A DNA stretch of 64,000 bases from Minisyncoccota bacterium (GCA_023137615.1 JAGLOS010000001.1:1067-65066), one strand, 5' to 3'. Shown: positions 20,370-30,088, numbered from the stretch's first letter. A program made the numbers and translations. The notes: a model not told the origin generated them from the sequence alone.

Positions 20370-21893
20370 ATGAAAAAGGTAATAATAATATTTTTATTTA
20401 TAATAATAATTTTTGCAGCCTACGCATTTTACGAAAACGAGCGGCAGAATAGTAAATATTTTATTTACACAAATGATTATAAGCCGAGTCTTAGTAGTAA
20501 AACCGCTGAATACGACAAGCTTGATTGCTCAAACGATGGAACCAAAGATTGCATAATACTAGCTGAAGAGATCAAAAATGTTTCCGAAAAAATTGCAAAT
20601 TTATTAACAAAAGAAGATAATTTTTATGATCAAATTAAAAATTATGAATATGAAGAAATTAACAGTCAAGATGCCAACCTGTTAAAAAAAGAAAGCAATA
20701 GTAATTTTGTTGATAGTACCTTAGAAAAATATAAAGAAATGGGTTTTGATATAGAATACTTCAAACATGGCAAAATTGAAGCTATTTTAGATGACGGGGG
20801 TATATTATTTACCGACAATACTGATGAAGATCTATATTTTTATGACACCGGATACATATTCAAGGCACCATGTGATAATGATGTAAAAAAGGCAAAAGCG
20901 GTTTTGAATAAAGATGGTTTTATAGATGGGATATACCAAATTGATAATAATTGTGAAACTTATTATTACATTGGTCGTAAAAAATTTTACGATAGAATAA
21001 TAAAATCATATACGGGAAGGGAAAAACTTTTAGGATATGATTATGCAAACAGATTAACACTTAATGACGATAAAACAGCTTTTGCTTTTTTTTATTCATA
21101 CCCCCATGAAGCAAGTTTATTAAGCGCAAAAGACAGAAGCCGTAGTAATTTTTTAGCATATCAAGATATTTCAGAGATAAGAACAACCATGAATATTCTT
21201 GATACCTTAACGGATAAAGGTCTGGAAGTATCAGAAAAAATTCTTGAAATAAATGAAAAATTTGAAAAAAGTATCGTTACAAACACTTTAAACACTCTTT
21301 TACCAAAAAAAATAACAAATAGTGGAATTGAGCCCGAAGAAATGTACGATATTGTCATAGGAAATGAAACTAATATTTATAACAAACTAATGGGAAAGAA
21401 AACTCTCGATGATAGCGAGAATAGCGAGGAGGAAGAGATGAATACTAATAGTTATACTTTTGAAACAATAACTATGTATGACAAAGATGGCAAAAGATAC
21501 CCGACCGGCAGTGCAATACCGGAGATCTATAAAATGTGCTGGATTGGAAATGATCTATATTTTAGAGCTGACATTAACCCTAGGACCAAAGTGGTTGCAG
21601 ATATCTATACGATCAATTTTGAAAAAGTAGATTCTCGTAAAGAACCAAAATTAATACTAACAAATGACCCCGATGACCGTTCAAAATATTATTATCTTAC
21701 CGGGTGTTCTTCAAAGTTCGATCGTTTATATGTTGAATCATCCGGGGCTGAAAAATTTGGATATCTTGATCTAGACACCAAGGATATAACTTATCTTTTT
21801 GATACTAATGATATTACAGATTTACGAATCAATAATGAACTCATGAGCTTCGTTGATGAGTTTGGAAATAACTATATATTGGAATTAAATTAA
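20370..21893 (+). CDS. hypothetical secreted/membrane-anchored protein, N/K/D/Y-rich
   Basis: 507 aa. N-terminal hydrophobic anchor. Very AT-rich codon usage unlike neighbours. No recognisable domain. Confidence 0.5.
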   Translation: MKKVIIIFLFIIIIFAAYAFYENERQNSKYFIYTNDYKPSLSSKTAEYDKLDCSNDGTKDCIILAEEIKNVSEKIANLLTKEDNFYDQIKNYEYEEINSQDANLLKKESNSNFVDSTLEKYKEMGFDIEYFKHGKIEAILDDGGILFTDNTDEDLYFYDTGYIFKAPCDNDVKKAKAVLNKDGFIDGIYQIDNNCETYYYIGRKKFYDRIIKSYTGREKLLGYDYANRLTLNDDKTAFAFFYSYPHEASLLSAKDRSRSNFLAYQDISEIRTTMNILDTLTDKGLEVSEKILEINEKFEKSIVTNTLNTLLPKKITNSGIEPEEMYDIVIGNETNIYNKLMGKKTLDDSENSEEEEMNTNSYTFETITMYDKDGKRYPTGSAIPEIYKMCWIGNDLYFRADINPRTKVVADIYTINFEKVDSRKEPKLILTNDPDDRSKYYYLTGCSSKFDRLYVESSGAEKFGYLDLDTKDITYLFDTNDITDLRINNELMSFVDEFGNNYILELN

Positions 21894-22108
21894 CTCCTAT
21901 TTTCAAGCAAGGTCAGACCTTGCTAGGAATTTGCTATCCGGCTCTGAAACTCTTTAGTAAAAAGAAAGGGGAACAATAAGAAATGCTACACCATATCTTT
22001 TGTTATTAAACCGTGGTTCTATTTACACAGAGCAGAGATTTATGCCTATTTAGTTGGATAATTTTTTGGTAAAATAAGGAAGAAATTAAGAGCTAATGAT
22101 TTAAATAT

Positions 22109-22723
22109 ATGAAAAACAATTCTTCTAAAAAATGCGTTCTGATTGCAGTTATTATCGTTCTCGGGATCATCGCTATACTCTTTTATTTATTTAACCCACC
22201 AACCAAAAATTATTTTCTTAATTCCGGTAATACTCATTCAGTCGTTTCAGACGAATATCACAAGACTGGAACTGTAGACGCTTGGGTTTATCATTTTGGA
22301 GAATGGACTCCGAATAAAGCAGAAACCTATGGTTCTTTAATAAAATTTAATATTCTGGAATTAGAGAATGAAAAAACAGCGATGCTCCATCTTAATATCC
22401 AGGCTTTTGATAATAAAACGATCAAGGGTCAGCGTTGTTCTGAATCTAAAAAATTTAATGTTAAGAAAATTCTTTCTTCTTGGGATTACAAAACCGTAGG
22501 TTATTCTGGGATAGAGAATTTGCAAAACAACGGTGAGGTAATTGCTAATTTTACCGTTGACCCGGACGACAGTTTCGTAGAAGTGGAACTGCCGGTTAGC
22601 GAGCTCGCTGCTAATGGTTTTACCATTAGCCAAGCAGACGGAGTTTTATGTAGAGTTTCTTTTTATTCCCATTCAGACGATAATAATTCTGAAAAACATC
22701 CTTATTTTATTGTGAATAATTAG
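22109..22723 (+). CDS. hypothetical secreted protein
   Basis: 204 aa. N-terminal TM/signal anchor. Followed by the same aaggtcRgaccttgctRgg hairpin motif as the previous gene. Confidence 0.5.
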   Translation: MKNNSSKKCVLIAVIIVLGIIAILFYLFNPPTKNYFLNSGNTHSVVSDEYHKTGTVDAWVYHFGEWTPNKAETYGSLIKFNILELENEKTAMLHLNIQAFDNKTIKGQRCSESKKFNVKKILSSWDYKTVGYSGIENLQNNGEVIANFTVDPDDSFVEVELPVSELAANGFTISQADGVLCRVSFYSHSDDNNSEKHPYFIVNN

Positions 22724-23421
22724 TTTTTTAAGAAGGTTTAACTCTCTGTAAGGTCGGACCTTGCTGGGAACACCTTTTATAATTAACCCCTCCCATTAAC
22801 TCGCAGAGTTTGATTTTGACTCTTATTAAAAGTATAGTATATATATTATTATGTCTATATTTGGATTCCTAAAAAAGAATAAAAAAGACTTTAAAGCTGT
22901 TGCGGAAAGACAGCTGATTGAGAATGCATCAGTGCTTAAATCTTTGCGAGATCATGATGAAGGGAAAAAAGAAATTTCAACCACTGACGTCAAAAAACGT
23001 TTGCCAAATATACAAACTACTTCATAGTAGAGGTCTTGTTTCGTTTCCAATCACCCAAGATGCAAAAAATTCACAGCTTCTTTGTCATTGGAAATTATTT
23101 GCGAATTAAATGATCTGGAACCAAATTATTATGATTTCTCTCTTGACCAACTGGCTGTTTTTGTGGAACAAGTAAAAACACAAAAACATCAGCAATTTAT
23201 ACGCTTGTTAGCAAGCACTTTATTCGTGAGCAAGTAATAATAATTTCTAACCTTAACTTGCCTGTCCGCATTGCAAACAAGGCAGCATTTGCCGCCTTGC
23301 TCTAAAATTTTTTAGTAAAAAGAAAAAAACTTACCCACTTTTTTTAATGGGTAAATGAATCTTATAATGGTAAAATATCAGGTAATAAGAATCTCCGGTA
23401 TTTAGCGATAATCAAAACTTT

Positions 23422-24516
23422 ATGTCAAAAAAAGAACTAACGAAAAAGATTAGTTGCTCCTTGATCTTTCTATACCTTTTTCTTCTAAGCATGAAGCTTA
23501 TGTCCTCTTCGTTCAAAATGTTCGGGGAGGATTTTTCAGATCAGCTGATCTCTCTAACCTCTGATCCGTTCGTTGCTTTGTTCGTCGGAATTTTGGTTAC
23601 GAGTGTTGTACAGAGTTCTTCTTTTACGACATCTCTAACAGTGGGACTGGTTGCCAGCGGATGTCTAACGCTCGGCGGGGCAATACCGATCGTACTGGGT
23701 GCGAATATCGGGACGACCATTACCAACACTATCGTTTCAATTTCGCACATCCGCAAAAAAGGTGAATTCAAAAAAGCGTTTGAAGCAGCGATCCTCCACG
23801 ACATTCATAATGTGCTCGCGGTAATTATCTTTTTTCCGCTTGAATTAAAATTTCATCTTCTGGAAAGATCATCACTAGCAGTGACAAATTTTATTTTTAA
23901 CTGCGGCTCTGCCTCTGACGCTATTGCCAAAAGTTCGTTTACAAGCCCCCTTAGTTACATTCTTAATCCTCCTGTAAACCTTTTTAAAAGCGCGTTGAGC
24001 GACCATGCTTTTATTCTCGCAATAATATCTTTGGCAATGCTTTTCTTTTCACTTTCGTCTTTTGTAAAAATTCTCAAACCTCTTGCCAAAACAGAGCTCA
24101 AAGAGATCATTCATCATTCAATTTTCAAAAACCCGCGAAGAAGTTTTGTTTTTGGAATATTGCTTACCGCGTTTGTGCAAAGCAGCTCAGTAACCACATC
24201 AATGATCATTCCTTTTGCCGGTTTGGGTATCTTAGAGCTGGAAGCGATCTACCCTTATGTTCTGGGAGCAAACGTCGGCACCACAATAACGGCTCTTTTG
24301 GTCGCTTTTACTCTGGGAAGTTATGCTGCGGTTACTGTTGCCATGGCGCACTGTTTGTTCAATTTGTTCGGCGGTCTTCTTATTTATCCTTTTAAATTTA
24401 TTCCAATAGGTATTTCCAGAAAGATCGGGAATACTGCTTTAACTTCCAGAGCAATCCCTCTGATCTATATCGCGGTTGTGTTTTTCTTGGTTCCCTTTTT
24501 GATCGTGTTTTTGTAG
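23422..24516 (+). CDS. Na+/phosphate cotransporter family protein (NptA-like)
   Basis: 364 aa. Duplicated VQSSSxTTSL and GANIGTTIT motifs of the Na/Pi-cotransporter II-related family. Confidence 0.8.
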   Translation: MSKKELTKKISCSLIFLYLFLLSMKLMSSSFKMFGEDFSDQLISLTSDPFVALFVGILVTSVVQSSSFTTSLTVGLVASGCLTLGGAIPIVLGANIGTTITNTIVSISHIRKKGEFKKAFEAAILHDIHNVLAVIIFFPLELKFHLLERSSLAVTNFIFNCGSASDAIAKSSFTSPLSYILNPPVNLFKSALSDHAFILAIISLAMLFFSLSSFVKILKPLAKTELKEIIHHSIFKNPRRSFVFGILLTAFVQSSSVTTSMIIPFAGLGILELEAIYPYVLGANVGTTITALLVAFTLGSYAAVTVAMAHCLFNLFGGLLIYPFKFIPIGISRKIGNTALTSRAIPLIYIAVVFFLVPFLIVFL

Positions 24517-24580
24517 TTTTGGCGGTTATGTCACTAAAACTACTCTATACAAGGAGTCTTTACTACTTATTTGTCATGGG

Positions 24581-24678
24581 GTGCACTGCTCGCTCCACTT
24601 CGTTACGCTCCCAGCACTGTCCTTTGACAAAGCGACATAAAAACCGATGCTTTCGCATCGGTTTTTATGTCGGTCAAA
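24581..24678 (+). repeat. tRNA-flanking repeat, family R3, copy 1
   Basis: gtgcactgctcgctccacttcgttacgctcccagcac ... aaaaccgatgctttcgcatcggttttt. A related copy lies at 30490-30576. Both abut a minus-oriented tRNA 3' end. Confidence 0.6.
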
Positions 24679-24864
24679 GGGTGCCTACCCGGAATATTCA
24701 CTGCTCACTCCTTTCAGTCGTTGCGCTTTCGGAACCCACGGTTCCGAATGACCTCCTCCACGGGGGCGTTCCGCTGCCCCCGACCCCCTACGGGTTCAAA
24801 TCCGGGTAGACAACTTCTGATAACAAATAAACGACTAGCAAAAAGCTAGCCGTTTATTTGTTAT

Positions 24865-24939
24865 GGGGTGCCTACCCGGATTTGAACCGGGACTGGGGGC
24901 TCCACAAACCCCCGTGCTAACCATTACACCATAGGCACC
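24865..24939 (-). tRNA. tRNA-His(GTG)
   Basis: Cloverleaf with extra G-1 and C73 discriminator. Anticodon loop TTGTGGA. T-arm CCGGGTTCAAATCCGGG. Confidence 0.8.
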
Positions 24940-25203
24940 ATGGTTTTTTAAAAGCGGCATATGCCGCTTGTGTTATATTTTTACCACATGACAGTACTTA
25001 CCGCAAGAGTTCCTTTACATATTTTCCCAGTTGTTTTTGGCTTTATTACAAGATATAATAAAAAAAAGAAACATAAGTAACAACACCAAAAAGAACCAAA
25101 GCGACTCCGCTTAATACAACAATTAAAGCAGTGCTTTTTCATATTGTCGGTTTTTTTATTAATTATATTGCACAACATTTTTTAAATTTTGTGACAAATA
25201 TCT

Positions 25204-26184
25204 TTACATATCCCAAGTGAAACCGTTCCCAAAATGACCATATTGCGCGGTTTGGTAAAATTGCGGTTTGCGCAGATCAAGAAATTCAATAATAGCTTGC
25301 GGACGAAGATCATAACCTTTTACTTTTTCTTCTCTTCCGTCAACAAACGCAGTTGCCGCAAGCGGCTCGGGGTGTCCAATAGCGTATGCGATCTTCACCA
25401 CAGCTTCTTTCGCTCCCGCTTTTACATGATCCACGGCAATCTTGCGCGCCATGTATGCGGCGCTTCTATCTACTTTTGTTGCATCTTTTCCGGAAAAAGC
25501 GCCTCCCCCAACCGCAACACGCGGACCATACGCGTCCACTACGATCTTTCTGCCTGTGAGTCCCGCATCCGCGGCAAACCCACCTATTCTCCATTTACCG
25601 TTTGGATTTTTCATCCATGTTTTTTTAATATCGCCGTCAATATATGAGGCTATTTCTTTTTCAAAAACTTCATTCAAAACGACATCGCTTAAATCCCCAC
25701 TTTCACATAATGAAGTTATCACGTTAATGATCCTGCCCTCTTTTACTGTAACTTGCGCTTTGCCGTCGTGCCGCCCCATTGATCTTATCAATTTCCGAGC
25801 AAGTGACATCTCAAGCGGCATGAATTCCGGCGTCTCGTCGGTGGCATATCCAACCATGATACCTTGATCCCCCGCACCTTCATTGTCAACTCCTTTTTTA
25901 ATTTCATTACTTTGTCCGGAAACATAAACGGATATATCAACGTCATCTGTATATCCATTGTCTTTATATACTTGTTTAGCAATACTCTTGTAAACATTTT
26001 CTTCAATTGGCGCGTTTGTGGTGATCTCTCCTGTAAGCACAATATTGCCGTGCCCGCCAAGTGTCTCTATCGCCACTCGCGAATACGAGTCATGCTCCAA
26101 ACAAAAATCTAAAATAGCATCTGAGATTTGATCGCACACTTTGTCGGGGTGCGCCCGAGATACTGCTTCTGCTGTTTGAATCAT
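25204..26184 (-). CDS. metK: S-adenosylmethionine synthetase (short form)
   Basis: 326 aa. GHPDKVCDQISDA, GAGDQG and GGGAFSGKD motifs. Confidence 0.85.
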   Translation of the reverse strand: MIQTAEAVSRAHPDKVCDQISDAILDFCLEHDSYSRVAIETLGGHGNIVLTGEITTNAPIEENVYKSIAKQVYKDNGYTDDVDISVYVSGQSNEIKKGVDNEGAGDQGIMVGYATDETPEFMPLEMSLARKLIRSMGRHDGKAQVTVKEGRIINVITSLCESGDLSDVVLNEVFEKEIASYIDGDIKKTWMKNPNGKWRIGGFAADAGLTGRKIVVDAYGPRVAVGGGAFSGKDATKVDRSAAYMARKIAVDHVKAGAKEAVVKIAYAIGHPEPLAATAFVDGREEKVKGYDLRPQAIIEFLDLRKPQFYQTAQYGHFGNGFTWDM

Positions 26185-26210
26185 ATTTGTAACGTAATTA
26201 TTTAATAAAC

Positions 26211-26278
26211 AAAAAACTTTCCTCGTGAGGGAAAGATACGTTTAAGTCTGCTAGACAATAGTATCTTTCCCAAAAGGG
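26211..26278 (-). promoter_or_regulatory. metK leader terminator/antiterminator (attenuator-type expression platform)
   Basis: On the metK strand: gggaaagatac (21 nt) gtatctttccc tcac gaggaaag tttttt. The 11-bp antiterminator stem and the ctttcc/ggaaag terminator stem share ctttccc. The T-run ends about 26 nt before the ATG. Confidence 0.5.
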
Positions 26279-26385
26279 TACGAATGGAGCACCTTCCAAT
26301 TTGTGTCACCAAAAAGTGGTTGCTGGACGGATCATAGAGTCGTATCTCTTCCCGCCGCTCGTGATATTTTTCTATATTCGATTAT

Positions 26386-26410
26386 AAATACATACTATCA
26401 GTATGTATTT
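26386..26410. promoter_or_regulatory. 11-3-11 palindrome adjacent to putative metK -10 box
   Basis: aaatacatact atc agtatgtattt lies immediately next to TATAAT (minus strand) about 200 nt upstream of the metK start. Confidence 0.4.
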
Positions 26411-26567
26411 AGGATAACAAGATTGACAAGAAAGTAGTTACAAAAAAATACGCTTGACATATTTTGTGCTGAGCTAGTAGGGAGTTAGTCGCGAACACTT
26501 AGTTTTTTGAATATTTCATTTCGTTTCACTCATAAAATATTCTTAAAAGGTCTTGCGGAATGGGTCC

Positions 26568-26692
26568 CAGCCCCTTCTCCTCCACTTCGTTACAGAGCGG
26601 GGACCCGCTGCTCCGTCTTTCAACTCCCGCTCTGGGCTACATAATACAGCAACCCCGAAGCGCTGCTTCAGGGTTGGTATTTTGTGCTGAGT
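26568..26692 (+). repeat. 121-bp direct repeat unit B, copy 1
   Basis: Identical to the 26776-26895 copy. Contains an inverted copy of the tRNA-Leu 3' end (tcaactcccgctctgggc) and the ctccacttcgttac motif shared with family R3. Confidence 0.75.
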
Positions 26693-26775
26693 TGGTAGGG
26701 AGCTGGTCACGAATCACTAAGCTTTTTGTTCGTCTTTCAGACTCCAAAAAACTAAGTGTTCGCGACCCCGACTCG

Positions 26776-26895
26776 CAGCCCCTTCTCCTCCACTTCGTTA
26801 CAGAGCGGGGACCCGCTGCTCCGTCTTTCAACTCCCGCTCTGGGCTACATAATACAGCAACCCCGAAGCGCTGCTTCAGGGTTGGTATTTTGTGC
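26776..26895 (+). repeat. 121-bp direct repeat unit B, copy 2
   Basis: 100 percent identical to copy 1. Runs directly into the 3' end of tRNA-Leu. Confidence 0.75.
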
Positions 26896-26977
26896 CCAGA
26901 GCGGGAGTTGAACCCGCACGGTCGCAATGACCACTAGCCCCTCAAGCTAGCGTGTATACCAGTTTCACCACCTGGGC
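26893..26977 (-). tRNA. tRNA-Leu(GAG)
   Basis: 85 nt with long variable arm. Anticodon loop TTGAGGG. T-arm GCGGGTTCAACTCCCGC. Confidence 0.8.
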
Positions 26978-27047
26978 AATATTAGGATTCTACCAAAAAT
27001 ATGCAAAAAAGAAAGAGCCGGTATTACCGGCTCTTTCTTTTTTAAAA

Positions 27048-27587
27048 TTATTTTTCTTCTTTTTTCTCTTCCTTTGGTTTTTCCTCAATTTTTTCTTCGG
27101 TCTTTTCTTCCTTTTCTCTTTTGTCCGCAGGAGCTTCGGTGATAGACGTTGCTTCAGATATTGTATCACCTTCTGTTTGTTTTTCCTCCTCTTTGGACTC
27201 TTCTACTGAAATTTCTTCTACGACAGGAGCCGACATGATCTTTCGCATCTTTCGACGAATCTCACGAGCAACCTTCTCGCGAATATAATAAAGCTTTGCC
27301 CGTCGAACTTTTGAGCGTTTTACTATTTCAACTTTATCAATGGAAGGAGAATAAATTGGGAATATCTTCTCAACCCCCACTCCGCTCATAACCTTTCGTA
27401 CCGTGAAAGTCCCACCTGTTTCTTTTCCATGTTTTACCGCAAGTACCACGCCCTCAAATTTTTGAATACGTATCTTGCCCTTTTCCTGAATTTTCAAATG
27501 AACCCGAACAGTGTCTCCTGACCGGATGTCTAATTTCTTTCGCTCCTCAATATTTACCGGCGACAATGTGATTGTTGTATTTTCCAT
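27048..27587 (-). CDS. rplS: 50S ribosomal protein L19 with K/E-rich C-terminal extension
   Basis: 179 aa. L19 core ([32 protein letters not shown]...RRAKLYYIR) plus about 60 aa of EEK repeats. Confidence 0.85.
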   Translation of the reverse strand: MENTTITLSPVNIEERKKLDIRSGDTVRVHLKIQEKGKIRIQKFEGVVLAVKHGKETGGTFTVRKVMSGVGVEKIFPIYSPSIDKVEIVKRSKVRRAKLYYIREKVAREIRRKMRKIMSAPVVEEISVEESKEEEKQTEGDTISEATSITEAPADKREKEEKTEEKIEEKPKEEKKEEK

Positions 27588-27656
27588 ATAATCATTAAAA
27601 AATGTGAGTATTTACAATACCCACTAAAATAAGTACTTAGTAATCTACCACACAAA

Positions 27657-28376
27657 TTATAACTGTGCAATGGCTTTTTCAAAATCTTGAGGAAATGGAG
27701 CTTCGACAGTAATATCTTCTCCTTCTCGTGTGGAAAAACTAACAGATCTGGCATGGAGAGCAAGGCGTTCAAATTCAAGCAAACACTCACGTTTTGGGGC
27801 GTAGAGACTATCACAAACAATAGGATGATGTATTGCCTTAAGATGTACTCGTAATTGATGAGTCCGTCCTGTTTTCAGATGTAACTCTAAATACGCAACG
27901 TTTTCGCCACGTGCTAATACTTTATACTCAGTTACCGCTTCCCTTTTTAGCCCACGACTACCCGGCTGCGCGCTCCACTGTCGAAAATCCTTTTTGCTTT
28001 TCCCGATCGGTTTATCAATGACGCCCTCTTTTTCTTTTATATTTCCATACACAAAGGCATTATATATTTTTTTTATCCTCCTTTTCTGAAATTGTTCTTT
28101 AAGATATAGATATGTCTCTTGATCTTTTGCAATCACAAGCGCACCTGATGTGTCTCGATCGAGTCGATGCACGATGCCGGGGCGATAGATCACTTTCCCC
28201 TTCTGGCTTTCCCAAGGTTCCCCAACCTCTTTCATGTCCGGATACTTCTCAACAAGAATATCCGCAAGCGTCCTCTCATTTGACCGTCCGTCGCCATGTA
28301 CCATTAAACCGGTCGGTTTATTCACCGCCAGTATGTGCTCGTCTTCATACACAATGTTGAGTTGTTCAATAAACAT
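27657..28376 (-). CDS. RluA-family 23S rRNA/tRNA pseudouridine synthase
   Basis: 239 aa. Catalytic HRLDRDTSGALVIAKD motif. Confidence 0.85.
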   Translation of the reverse strand: MFIEQLNIVYEDEHILAVNKPTGLMVHGDGRSNERTLADILVEKYPDMKEVGEPWESQKGKVIYRPGIVHRLDRDTSGALVIAKDQETYLYLKEQFQKRRIKKIYNAFVYGNIKEKEGVIDKPIGKSKKDFRQWSAQPGSRGLKREAVTEYKVLARGENVAYLELHLKTGRTHQLRVHLKAIHHPIVCDSLYAPKRECLLEFERLALHARSVSFSTREGEDITVEAPFPQDFEKAIAQL

Positions 28377-28411
28377 AAATCAAAACACGTCTCCTGTAGA
28401 CTTGTTTTACT

Positions 28412-28717
28412 CTATCTCATTTCCTTACTCTTTTCCACTCTTTGTGTTTCTTGTTCAACAAGACCCTGTTCAAACGAGAGTACTTTTTGCCAAGTGTCTG
28501 AATTGTTTTGTATCAACGCCTCCTTACGCTGTTCAAGCAATCGTGCAACAAGTACCAAATTACTCTCGTCCTCCTTACACAAATTCAAAATTTCAGAGAC
28601 CTCTTCGTCGCTCAGACCGGAAAAAAATATGTGCAAATCCTCTTTTACTTCTTCCGGCAGATTCGCATTTGTTGTTAAAATATGAAGTTGTTCTAATTCT
28701 TCGCTCATATGATTCAT
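28412..28717 (-). CDS. hypothetical acidic protein
   Basis: 101 aa, helical and acidic, no motif. Confidence 0.35.
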   Translation of the reverse strand: MNHMSEELEQLHILTTNANLPEEVKEDLHIFFSGLSDEEVSEILNLCKEDESNLVLVARLLEQRKEALIQNNSDTWQKVLSFEQGLVEQETQRVEKSKEMR

Positions 28718-28811
28718 TTTTCTTTTCTCTTACCCCCGTATTCTCCAATAATAACTTTAAATTACTCCTCAGTAAACGCGGTTTTCCACACAAATGTTTG
28801 TCGAATAAAAT

Positions 28812-29525
28812 TTATCCCCCTTTTCTCCTTTTACGCTCCTTATACTTTTCAACGATCTCCATAAATTCTTTTTTTGTAAATGAAGGCCAGCATACTTTCG
28901 GAAAAAAGAGCTCACTATAAACCGCCTGCCAAGACAAAAAGTTAGAAAGCCTTTTTTCGCCGCTCGTACGGATAATAAGATCTGGGTCAGGCATGTCTTT
29001 TGTCCACAGATATTTAGAAAAATCTTGTTCTTTCATGGATTCAATTTCTTCGGGTGTTTTTTCACGAGAGATCTTCTTTACCGCGGAGAGTATCTCTGCT
29101 CGACCACCATATGAGACGGCAACATATAATGTGCATAAACCTTCTTCTGTTTCTTTTTCAAGCTTTTTGATCCCTTTTTGCATATCAGAAGCAAGGCGTT
29201 CTATTTGTCCAACAAATTTTATTCTCATATTTTCTTCTTTAAGCCAACTCATTTCTTTAAAAACAAGATTTCGAAAAAGATCCATCAGATAATCTATTTC
29301 TTTTTCGCTTCTATTCCAATTTTCCGTAGAAAAAGCGTAAACAATAATGTGATGAACGTCTATTTTTTTACACCACAAAGAGATCTCCTTGAGTTTTCTG
29401 TACCCTTTTCTGTGTCCTTCAAGAGTTGGGAGTCCGCGCTTTTTAGCCCAACGCCTATTACCATCCATGATTATTCCCACACACTGAGGAATATTTGCTT
29501 TCTCCGGCTGATCATTTTTTACCAT
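28812..29525 (-). CDS. uppS: undecaprenyl-diphosphate synthase (cis-prenyltransferase)
   Basis: 237 aa. HIGIIMDGNRRWAKKRGL and ENWNR, RTSGE motifs. Confidence 0.9.
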   Translation of the reverse strand: MVKNDQPEKANIPQCVGIIMDGNRRWAKKRGLPTLEGHRKGYRKLKEISLWCKKIDVHHIIVYAFSTENWNRSEKEIDYLMDLFRNLVFKEMSWLKEENMRIKFVGQIERLASDMQKGIKKLEKETEEGLCTLYVAVSYGGRAEILSAVKKISREKTPEEIESMKEQDFSKYLWTKDMPDPDLIIRTSGEKRLSNFLSWQAVYSELFFPKVCWPSFTKKEFMEIVEKYKERKRRKGG

Positions 29526-29568
29526 AAACTATTTTGAGTTACTATAAATAAAAGCACTTCGTCTTATG

Positions 29569-29644
29569 TTATCTCCTCGGCTCGGAAGTAAAAAGTTTCG
29601 TTTTACTTCACTTTTTACTTCTCTCGCTCTACGTCGCTAATAAT
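29569..29644 (+). repeat. family R1 partial copy C
   Basis: ctcctcggctcggaagtaaaaagtttcgttttacttcactttttacttctctcgctctacgtcgctaataa. Overlaps the last codons and stop of acyP. Confidence 0.65.
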
Positions 29645-29914
29645 ATTAAACTCTGAAAACTCGCCCGTTGCTTCTTCCCAAAAACTTTCCACATTATCAA
29701 CACGAGAGAGTAAGGGTCCTTTTTTTAGAAGAACTAAAAGCTGTTTCAATTTTTCTTCTTCACCTTCAGCTATCACTTCTACTGAACCGTCCTTTATATT
29801 TTGCACCCTACCAACCAGACCAAGCCGACGAGCTTTTCTCGTCGTAAAATCACGAAACATAACCAACTGCACTCGACCCGCTATCCGGCATTTTAATCTC
29901 TTTGTCATTGCCAT
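29615..29914 (-). CDS. acyP: acylphosphatase
   Basis: 99 aa. VQLVMFRDFT (VxGxVQGVxFR-type) and acylphosphatase fold. The C-terminal codons lie inside repeat R1-C. Confidence 0.8.
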   Translation of the reverse strand: MAMTKRLKCRIAGRVQLVMFRDFTTRKARRLGLVGRVQNIKDGSVEVIAEGEEEKLKQLLVLLKKGPLLSRVDNVESFWEEATGEFSEFNIISDVEREK

Positions 29915-30088
29915 TTATTATATAACATAATAAGAATATGCAACGTTACAGATATCCAGAGTGCTTGAAAAAAGTCAAAAAGTGCGGTATTCTAGAAAAA
30001 CAAATGGGACAAAGTGTTCTTGATTATAAGTTTAATAAAATAAAAATATGGGTAGAGTAGGACCATAATGTAATTAATAAAACATGAT

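Noticed and set aside
22850-23230. Short ORFs in three frames (for example MSIFGFLKKNKKDFKAVAERQ..., ...LEPNYYDFSLDQLAVFVEQVK...)
   Set aside because: The fragments are too short and frame-shifted to identify a parent family. Mentioned only as possible gene-decay remnants.
26185-26420. Canonical SAM-I riboswitch call for the metK leader
   Set aside because: Only fragments (GCAACC, GGTGC, GAAAGAT) resemble the SAM-I consensus, and the GAGGGA/kink-turn elements are not evident. Reported as an attenuator-type regulatory leader of undetermined class.
26440-26900. Possible CRISPR array
   Set aside because: There are only two long (121 bp) identical repeats with an 85-bp spacer and inverted sub-repeats. 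There is no short regular repeat-spacer periodicity, no cas genes and no leader. The repeats contain tRNA-Leu end sequence.
26560-26937. ORFs 26560-26937 (+) and 26637-26927 (-) of 125 and 96 aa
   Set aside because: They lie entirely within the identical 121-bp direct repeats and tRNA-Leu region. The reading frames come from the repeats, with no RBS and no codon bias. Treated as non-coding.
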